Source: Epithemia pelagica (Eukaryota > Protista > Bacillariophyta). Taken from it: a stretch of 64,000 nucleotides of DNA. The position numbers and the translations under genes were made by a program. The stretch lies in assembly GCA_946965045.2 (NCBI GenBank), contig OX337242.1, positions 1,178,001-1,242,000 on the forward strand, written 5' to 3'. Below are positions 55,195 to 64,000 of this stretch, one piece after another. A model generated the notes under the pieces. That model saw nothing but the letters and a program-made list of their open reading frames with translations, made no database searches and was not told the origin of the DNA. Every line of letters starts with the position of its first letter. Position 1 is the stretch's first letter.

Positions 55195-57322
55195 GAGAAC
55201 TCGCCGCAAGATTCCAGATGAATGGCGATTCGCCAGCAGGTTTGCACCATCATATCGGAGATGTCAGAGAGAAGAGCAAGTCAGCCATGTTGCAAAGAAC
55301 AGAAGGTATGGTACCAGCGATCGGTGTACTTCTTCGATTCGAACCGTATCGTCAAGTCGTTTGTGTTGGTGCTTGTTTGCCCTGGCAGCCGCACACAGTT
55401 TCGAGGCAACCAAAGTCCTGTTTGGCTCGCCTCCAGTTTCACTTCTCTTTGCTTCGTTTTTGGTACTGGGAAGCAGCAACAACGTGGCACATGCCTTTTT
55501 GCAACGATCCGTCGCGTCACGGAAAGTAGCGTTTGGAATGGTGTTGCATCAAGAATTTCCTCCCAGCGATGCCGATCCCTCCGACTCCAGTGAGAGTAGT
55601 AGCGGCAAAAACGGCGAAACACCAATATTCGGTGGCACCAATGGCGAACATTCCCCGGAACCTTCGCACTTCGAATGGCAACAACAATACCCCATGGTCA
55701 ATGGAAATCATGTCGTTGACGTCAAGAACAAGATAAACTCGAACAATACCACAATGGTCAATGGAAAGGACAACCATGACAACAACGAGTAACTCTTGCA
55801 GAAACGAGTCACTCAACTGGAAGAATTGGTGGCCCGTCAAGCAGTTGATATTAAACGGTTACAAGAAGAATATCGTGATTTGACCGAAGCGGCCGCGGCC
55901 TTTGCCAAGGTTGTGGAACTTTTGAGAGCGTCTGGTCTCAACACGGACGATCTGGACGATCTGGACGATGAGCATTCCACCAAGAATGGCACGGAGGTTC
56001 TTTCATTGCTACCGGGTGAGGATGAGAATGGCGACAACGACACGGTCGTCTGTGTCAATGAAGATTCGGAAATCTTTGGGACGGCGCCATCCAACGTGAT
56101 GGACGCGGCCGATACCGCGGGGGCAGCCATTCTCGCGGCTCTCTTGGGTGGACAACAACGACTATTGGTGGATGTGAGGGATGCTGAATTGACCTCCAAT
56201 GCAGATACGTTGGTGCAGTTTATTGAACTGGCCATTTTGCCCGTTGCCGCTGGATTGGAGGGTTTGCGGTTGAAACGCAACCGGTTAAAAATTGTCTTTC
56301 CAACCGTCAAGCAACTGCTGCAATATCGCAAGACCATGGCCTTGGCTGCACCCGAAGTGGTAGCCCTGTCCACACTCAACTTGGATCCTGTGGAACCTCA
56401 TGATAATTTGGTCGTGATTGTGGCACCCGCACCAGACGATGAAGAGGGCTGTCAAGTCATGAATCAGTTGCTACAACCACCAGAGATTCTAGCTAATGAT
56501 GATACTGATGTCGCAGATGACAATGGGTTTCAACCAATGTTTCCCTCTAAGGGAATCCGGCAGCCGGTTGTTGTTCTGAATCCGCACATGGTTCCCATGC
56601 AGGGTCCGGCTGCCTCCTATGAAGTCGCATATCAACTACGGCTGCTATCCGTCCAGTACATGTCATCTCAAACATGCCCTGGCGAAGGCTACGTCCAACA
56701 TGGCGATTTCAAAAAGACAGGAAATGACTCGGGTGATTCAATCATTGAGGCAGATGTCCTAGGAGAAGAATGTGATGACATCGAGATGCAAAATGAGCTG
56801 TTCAACGAAGACAGCATGATTGAAAACATTGACAATCTGGTACAGCTTGATGATGTCCACACATCCAGCAGTGATGACAGAGGGACGACAGAAGAAGCTG
56901 AAAATGATGAAGAAGCCTTGGAGGCAGCAATGCAACATGCACATGAAGTAAACCGTGGTGGTGGGAGTGCGAGATCAGTGGTCAAAGGGACAACTCGAGC
57001 AATGGTGATTCGTGCCTATCCCAATCCATGGCACGTTTTTGTGGATACTTCGCCTGATACAGATGCTGACTTTACCATTGCGGGAACATTTGACACTGCT
57101 CCATCATCAGATGATATTCAATTGGCAATCATTGAGAGTTTGGAAGGGAGTGAGCGTGAGGATGAAATCGTTGCTCAGCAAATGCAACAGGCACTTGAAA
57201 CTGGACAGCTTGATCGTGTATGTGAAATGCTGGGGGATATGGGATTAGATATCTTTGATGAGGAAGAAGAAGATGACGATGACAATGACCCATGGGGATT
57301 GTTTGGCGTTGATAGTGTATAG
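55195..57322 (+). pseudogene. DUF1995-like plastid protein with an in-frame TAA at 55790; start uncertain
   Basis: ORFs 54989..55792 and 55796..57322 share one frame (NNE*LLQKRV). A signal-like segment ends AHA-FLQ. DUF1995-like motifs are QRLLVDV, LKIVFP, PVVVLNP and IRAYPNPWHVF. Confidence 0.55.
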
Positions 57323-57642
57323 ATAGATTCGAAATCCTGAACCCATATTTTGTATTCAATCGTTTGTTTCGGCATCAAGTGGCAGCGGGCTTCGTCGATT
57401 GAAGCTGTTGAACTCAGTGAAGTTTCAGGTGTGAGATACATTTTCCCTGCTAGCTAGTGGTCGTTATTCTAATAGCTAGTGGTCCCCGTCAAGCATGTGG
57501 TCGCTTGTGTGGGGCGTTATGGGGGCGGAATAGGAATAGGAGGGGGGCATTACGAGCGAGCCATCCTAACGGAGCGTGATATCTCATATTATCACGATTT
57601 TGCCTACGTGGCCTTACGTAGCACTCCAAAACCCTTGATATC

Positions 57643-57681
57643 ATGATATCATTTTGCTGGGAGAAAACAAAATGATATCAT
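57643..57681. repeat. Perfect 14-bp inverted repeat with 11-nt loop
   Basis: ATGATATCATTTTG (57643-57656) and CAAAATGATATCAT (57668-57681). Confidence 0.85.
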
Positions 57682-57899
57682 TCTTATCATCCCCAGCTAC
57701 ATCATCTATCTATCGTGTAGTCGTAGAATCAATACACCATAGTAGAGCTCTAGGTCACTGTGAAGTAGGTGGAATGGCATTCGTAGACACATGATAAAAT
57801 CTCTATAATTAGTGTGTGCGTGTGTTGACATGAAAGCATCCCAGTCTGTTTATCCATTTTTGACTGTCGTGTTAAATTGGAATTGAGCAATCAACATTT

Positions 57900-58560
57900 G
57901 ATGGATGCGGCTATTAGTCTCACATAGTCCCCTACCAACTTGATACTCATCAATGTGTGTCCGCTATATCTCTGAGTCACATTTCTCAGTGACATGGTAA
58001 CCCCAGATGGTTGAACTCTAAGCCTCACAGCAATGGATGGCAGGATTGATTCAAATTCACAGTGCTTGTATCTAACTCCCTACCAAAATCACCCCAGTTC
58101 ATGTGCATGGGCCAAATGGAAGAAACATTTGCAAATCCTTCCCCAGCTCACTGCCTTGCTTCTCCTCTTGACCGATGGCTTGTCAGTGGTTTGTTTAGGA
58201 TATAACAATGGTTTTCTTATCTTGACAGCAGTTGGACTATCCTCTAGATTTATGTGGTTCACAATCAATGGCATGAATATCGTTTCACCAGTCCTCTCGT
58301 TGTCTCGACTCCTACTGTTTGCTATGATGTCAGATCAACTGCTTGCCCAGTTGTAACTGCAGATACTGGTCTAACTTGAATGGTTCTTCCCTCTTTCCCA
58401 GTTTTGATCACCCAACCTAAACTCAACCCTTGACACATTCAACGAATCCATTCAACACCTTTCATAGTCTGAGAGGGAGTATCTATCTTGCCGCCCTTTC
58501 TTGTTGGGCACCTGGCTTGTCGGCAGTATTGCTCCGACCTCCTCATAATTCTAACTCCAT
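57900..58560 (-). pseudogene. Decayed coding relic in CpG-poor DNA, family unidentified
   Basis: A protein-like frame (..GFANVSSIWPMHMNWGDFGRELDTS..HPLL*GLEFNHLGLPCH*EM*LRDIADTH) is broken by many stops. I count only 9 CpG in 57781-58380. Confidence 0.3.
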
Positions 58561-58711
58561 ACATGCCTGACAACTAAAACTGCAACTGCAACTCATTGAT
58601 TAAGTACGGTCCTATTAATCTTCTAGGGTACTTGACGAAAGTCTTTTACGTCGCTTGGTCACCCGGTGAGCTTCCCCGCCGGGTCCAAGGCGACCATGGT
58701 GAAGCTCTTGA

Positions 58712-58757
58712 TATGTAGGTCTTGGTATGTAGGTTCTTGGTATGTAGGTTCTATTGG
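58712..58757. repeat. Three tandem copies of about 15 bp (TATGTAGGTTCTTGG)
   Basis: Copies start at 58712, 58726 and 58741. Confidence 0.8.
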
Positions 58758-58787
58758 TACAGACATGGGGGAACGGGGGACATGTAT

Positions 58788-60519
58788 CAGTGGAGGAAAA
58801 CGGTTTGACCTAAAATCCTAAACTCCTTCCCCCCTCAAATAGGATTTTAGGACAAACCGTGTTGACCCCCATTTTAACCTAAACTTATTCGTAGTCTGAC
58901 CTTCGTAGGAGCTAGCACCTCTATGTAGGTTCCGAATGAAGTCAAGATTCCCACGAGAATTTGTCAATGCGATCCCATTGTTCCCGAACAATGCCAACGG
59001 AAGATCAAACCAAGCGAAGAAGATCAAGGATATGATCGCGGCACAGGAATTGTCCACTGCGGCTGTATTGTAGTCCCAGCTGCAGAGACTTCCAGTGCTG
59101 CAATGCAGTGCATTGAAACAATGGGAGACAAGCTTGATGTCGTTCTCCAAGCCATCCAGTTCTATAGAAAAAATGCTAGAGTAGAACTAATGAAGATTCG
59201 GTCTGTTGCTAGTCATGTACTTCTTCCTTATCATCATTTTCCTCTACTTCTTGTTCTTCATCAAATTGTTCATCATCAGAGCGGCTTGTTGCATTAGGTT
59301 TTCGCTCGACATGTCAGCTGAGCTACACCGCCAACCAAGCCGCAGTAGACCACGGATCCAAAACTTGTCGTCAACCCTGACATCACAAGGGCATTTACGC
59401 TTGTTGCTGTAGTGGCAGTGGCAGAAGAATTTGTTGTAGGAGATGAGAGCACAGAGGGATAATAGGGTGGCCGTAGCAAAGTATTATTGCTGTGTCGTTG
59501 TGTGGCGGAATTTGTGCTATTGGAAGTGATCTGGGTCTGTAGCCAGGCACGGTTGCCATTGAGATGGCTGTTGCAGAGCCCAGTGTAAGACACCACCACT
59601 GGTCTCGTGATAGTCTCTGTTGCCCACTTGCCTCCCACAAGAGCAGCCAGAAAGCATAGCCACGAGCATACGGATGAATTTGTCATGGCGATAGTTTGCC
59701 AAGGCACCCAAGAAACAAGACCATGGTTTGGACCACGAGGATCGCCGACAAAACTCAAACAAAAGAAGCTTGGCGCAAGGATTGACTGAGCCATGTTGGC
59801 AAAGCTTGAAAGTACGCCGTAACCGCATTGTGGAAGTCTGTGACACCACCGGCAGTCGACAGTGACGGCGCACTGAGCTTCATGGGTAGTCAAACGGAAG
59901 GTTGGCTTGGTTGGTTGTTGGTTCGAAGGATGCTCTCCCTCTATGGTTGTTGTTGTTCCGACGAAAATTCAGTCCTTTGCGCAGCCAAGGCGACATCAGT
60001 ATGGAATATACCAAACCAGTGCCACCAGTCCTGGAGAACGAAATTTCGTTTGTTCGGATCAATGAACTTTTCTTCTGTTAAAGTGGCAAGGATTCTGTGA
60101 ACAACAAGCGAAATCAAGGTGGATTGGGTGAGTTTTGACGCGACAAGCAGAGAATCACAATCCACAAATGAACTGATTCACTTCCCAAAACATGCACTGC
60201 ATGAATCACACCGACAACAGCAGCAACTGTAGAACCCGAAAGTGCTAAGCTGTCATATTGATGGATGACAGCGTGGCAAGAGGAAGATTCGGAAGTCGAC
60301 ATGGCGAAATTTGTGGGCCGTTGGATGGAGATTTTGGTTCCAACGTTTAGGATTCGTTTAGGTCTTTCGACTGCGATGACCGATCGAAACTCCTAAACAA
60401 GAGGCCTTTCACGCCTAAACTGGAGGCCAAATGCGTCTGAACGTCGTACGATTTGGAGCGATCTGATTGGCTAAGAATAGGATTTTTAGGATTTTAGGTC
60501 AAACCGTTTTCCTCCAGTG
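58788..60519. mobile_element. 1.73-kb element with 35-bp terminal inverted repeats, putative non-autonomous DNA transposon
   Basis: 58788-58822 CAGTGGAGGAAAACGGTTTGACCTAAAATCCTAAA matches the reverse complement of 60485-60519 at 34 of 35 bases. Subterminal TTTAGG/CCTAAA repeats are present. No TSD or transposase was found. Confidence 0.7.
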
Positions 60520-60799
60520 TTGACAAGACAATTGCCGTTGAGTCATTCTCCCGACAAGCCGGGCACCCAACATGAAAGGATGGCCAGACACAGGGAATTA
60601 TTATTACTACCCTCTGCGCCAGGCAACCCTCCTCAAGCAAGAGGACTTGACACGCAATTATTATTACTCCTACTACGTTGACAGTGAGATGGCGATCTAC
60701 CACACCAGTTAGGTTTGTCATAATTCATCATGGTTTCAGATTGGTTGGTTGTTTAGGAGTAGGCGGTGGTGGTGGTGCTGATGGTCATTTTTAGGAGTA

Positions 60800-60847
60800 G
60801 GTGGTGGTGGTGGTGGTGGTGGTGGTGGTGGTGGTGGTGGTGGTGGT
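60800..60847. repeat. (GGT)16 microsatellite within a duplicated unit TTAGGAGTAGG(N)GGT..GCTGATGGTCATT
   Basis: Direct count gives 16 GGT units. A shorter copy of the unit lies at about 60753-60789. Confidence 0.9.
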
Positions 60848-60999
60848 GCTGATGGTCATTCTCTTCCTGTTTGCGATTCAGGGATTTGATGTTGGTGTTG
60901 TCATCATCATTGGGAGAATTCTATACCCATGCACCATTTCCCCCTTTGCAATGAGTTTTGATGATCAATGGTATTGGTGGGATGGAGACTGCAAAATGG

Positions 61000-62760
61000 T
61001 GATGCCATGCCAACGTACAAGCATGTTAAGGATATAGCACCCAGAACAGTTTTAATCACAGTTTGTTGGAAAACTGTCTGCGCCTTTGTTGAGAGGAACC
61101 ATGTACATTGATTCAGTTACATCACCTCGAGGCCGACTACGTAGCTGCCTATTCGGGCGAGAGGAAACATTGCTTCAACTAATGCACGTTCGAGCAAGTC
61201 CAGGTGGTCGATCAGGACTGAGTGTGTAATCCCATGTGAACAAATCCTTGTGCAGGAACGTTGTTTGAGGGCAAACTCCAGGTAATGCAGAAACAAATTC
61301 CATGTGAAGGTGTAAAGAACATGCCAGCATGGTTAAGTAGGATGTGGTGAACGGACTTGTGAACCATGTCCAGATGTTGATTGTCATCAATTCAGACCAC
61401 AGAAAGGAAGGCAGCACCATCACAAGATATTGACCGAGGCGCAGTAACCTTTCTTTACTGCGAGACGCAACTAAAGGTATAATTCATTCATACTTGTGGG
61501 GAAGAAGTACCAAATCTTGCCAACAGATCACTTCCAGATGGGGCATGGTGAGCCATGGTGACAAAGTTGAAGCACACAACATCAACATAAGCCTTCTGAG
61601 TGTGAAGGATGTCAAAACTCCCTGTGTTGCTTCATTGTCAATGAAGCTAGGTTGCACTGACATCATTCTTTCATCTGCAGCCTCAGAATGACTTGATGTC
61701 AGCAGGGTTCATAGGGGAGGTACCAGACTGTGTTGTAGGGCTAGCCATATTCTGGGCCAACTGGCGAAGAGACATGACCAGCTGCCATCAGGTTGTCACA
61801 CATCTTGTTTGGCTGATCGATAAGTCTTCAGTATTGGTATACAAATGCCGTTGGGGTGCCCAGCAAAGTTCACAGAAGTAAAATCGTTGGCGGTAATGGT
61901 AAAATGTTGTCCCGCCGCGGCAAGTGCTTCCACCAACCTCGTCACAAGCACTCATCGAAGTGTGTTGTCATACATATCAAGCAAGTGAATGACAGGTGGA
62001 GCAAAATGCATCGGTGAGTCCAATCTAGGCGGTGAAAGTGGGGGCCACAGCATATAGAGGCATTAGTTGCGTGTTGGAGAGCCAAGTCGCGATTAATGAT
62101 GAATGACCTGACATTTTACAAATCTCGTGAATCGGAAATCAGAGATAATGATTCTGTCATGTAACCAACTCATTTCACAAGTTTGGAAATCAACCCACCG
62201 GAGAGGGAGTCCAAATTTAATCATTTTTCACCTTTTTGAGTCGGATGGTCTTCCAATGCCAGTATTTGGAGTATGAGAGTGACGGGGCAATACAATGGAT
62301 TTGATATTTCAATCTATCAGCAGCAGCGACAGCATGTATGTTACTGATCCACGTATTAATGCGCAGTACAGAGTTCATGCTGACGTTGATTTGTCTTCCC
62401 ACGGACATGCGAGAAGATGAAACTCCTTCGGTTGCAAACTGGTGGCTCTGAAGATGGAATTCATGTCATTGTCCTGCTTTGTCGTAATATGATTTGTCTA
62501 CAGTATCAAACTATACTCTGACAAGTGTGAAGCAACCCCAAACACCATAATGTTTCACTTGAAAATTTTGATGGTGCTGGTATGACTTTGTGGTCTGGGT
62601 TCATGCTCTCAACGTTGTCCCGAGTAAAGCTCAACGCCATTGATGCATCGTAAGTCGTTGTTTCTCAAAGAAGACAGTTTAATCCAAGGTTTGTCTTCAG
62701 GGCCATCAACTGCTGGTTTTCGTCCGCATCCTCAATATTCGGAACTGTTTTCCTCCATTT
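61000..62760 (-). pseudogene. Long decayed coding relic, family unidentified
   Basis: One frame from about 62760 to 61000 reads protein-like, including the Cys-rich CSTCH..FCELC and track ORF 62217..62408, but carries many stops. CpG content is low. Confidence 0.3.
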
Positions 62761-64000
62761 TCTCTCAGCGTTTTAATGACTTTGTCATACTCAATACCTT
62801 CGATTGGTTTATTGTCAATGGCCACAATTTCATCCCCACGTCTTCGAAATGGCTGTGGTTTCATGCACATCACAGCAGATTTTTTGCCATCACTCAATTG
62901 TCTATAACCATTGAAACATGGTACACCATTGATCTCAGTTATAATGAGACAAAGTCCTTCAGGGGTGACCGGTACCCTGGCAATGTAGAATGTGTATGCC
63001 GGGACCTTCATTTTCGATCCATCCGGTGAAAAGGCTTTAGGTATAGAGATAGGAGGCAGTCGAGATTCATTCGCTTCAGAATCTTTTGAGGACGTGAAGA
63101 CTTCATTAGGTTTTCCCGGCAGGGCAGCCTTCGATGAATGATGGTGAGGGAGATCTACCTCGCTTGTCCTGGGATTCCGCGAAGACTCCCTCTCCTGTAC
63201 GATGTGATTCTGAACAGGTGGACCATATCCCCAAACAGGTTGAACATATAGTGACGAATTCATCATGCTTCCATGAACTGACCATGTTCCATTATGCTGC
63301 TGGAAGCTAGGGAAAGGTGGTGGATGAACATAGGAGGGAGTCGTGGTCTGGTGTTGACTCAAAGGCCGCAGTCCAGCTGGTGCAGCATACGTTGTCGGCC
63401 AATGAGGCGGTGCCAAATGTGTTGTCTGTTGAATATGTGGCCCAGCAAACTTTGTCTGTGGATTGTGATCTATTTCATAGGTAACTACCAACGTAAGAAA
63501 ACAAACTGTGGATGTATCAAATTGTACAAAACAACATACCTTGCATTGTGTTTCTAATCGCTCCGACCGCGTGCAAGAGTGACTTATCCCCATTCCCTTC
63601 AGGGCCCCTTGAACCGATGCCAATCCCAGCAGCATTTGGAAACATGGCTTGGACGCCTGAACCATTGGTGGGTTGAAAAGAAGCATTGGTGCCTCGATGC
63701 ACATATTTCGTTGCTTCGACGACGTTCAGCGGTGCAACAGCAGTTCCAGAAACACACGCATAATCAATAGTTGATGTTGGCAACGCTTTGTTTTCCATTG
63801 GATGTGTGGCAGGTGTTTCTTGAAGGGTGCGGTTTTTCAATCCTATCGCCTCCTGTGGTTGAAGAGATCCATTGGACGTGTCAACCAAGCTTGCCTTGCC
63901 GAGAATTCTTGGTGGAAAAGCAGTTGCGTCGTGAGAGGTTCCTTTTAAAGTCGTTAACCGTGAAGTTGAAGTTGGGTTTCTTGAAGCAGCGGTGGGAGGG
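62706..64000 (-). CDS. PDZ-like domain protein, 5' end outside the window
   Basis: The frame is open from the window edge to 63540. Intron 63539-63470 (GTATGT..ATAG) splices in frame to exon 63469-62706. C-terminus GLCLII..GDEIVAIDNKPIEGIEYDKVIKTLR..FRILR is PDZ-like. Confidence 0.65.

Noticed and set aside
55789-55801. Micro-intron GTAACTCTTGCAG removing the TAA in the DUF1995-like gene
   Set aside because: At 13 nt it is too short for the spliceosome, and its removal would shift the frame.
5779-57322. Variant genetic code or stop-codon reassignment explaining the in-frame stops
   Set aside because: Long conserved genes (USP14, arginase, MFS, PPR, kinesin) contain no internal stops, and TAA, TAG and TGA all end genuine C-termini.
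58800-60500. Interstitial telomere repeats
   Set aside because: The units are TTTAGG with irregular spacing inside TIR and subterminal regions, not TTAGGG or TTTAGGG arrays.
58780-60530. Tc1/mariner (TA TSD) or hAT (8-bp TSD) assignment of the TIR element
   Set aside because: The flanks are ..ACATGTAT and TTGACAAG.., with no TA and no 2-, 3-, 5- or 8-bp duplication.

Overview
Compact eukaryotic nuclear DNA, most likely from a diatom. This is inferred from a CoDi-type copia element, bipartite plastid-targeting signals ending in A/G-F, a mitochondrial-type arginase and short 70-110 nt GT-AG introns. About 24 protein-coding loci are present. Recognisable ones are arginase, USP14/Ubp6, FAM32A, an MFS transporter, a PPR protein, a divergent kinesin, and DUF1995-, GtrA-, PEX22-, SH3BGR-, bZIP- and PDZ-like genes. 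Two Crinkler/RHS-type genes carry REase-fold domains: an intact REase-kinase and an NTPase-REase with three in-frame stops. A 5,420-bp Ty1/copia LTR element (8664-14083, minus strand) has 757-bp LTRs differing at one base, a 5-bp TSD (ACACG) and a decayed pol, and it splits a beta-propeller gene. Its primer-binding site lacks the canonical TGG. It instead reads as the complement of a tRNA-Asn(GUU) anticodon arm, in the same register as half-tRNA-iMet priming of Drosophila copia; this is the most unusual observation. At least six loci carry in-frame stops, mostly with the frame preserved, while the housekeeping genes are clean. The 57.4-62.7 kb region is CpG-poor and holds decayed ORFs plus a 1.7-kb element with 35-bp terminal inverted repeats. 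No rRNA, tRNA gene or CRISPR array was found. All family calls are by motif recognition without database searches.
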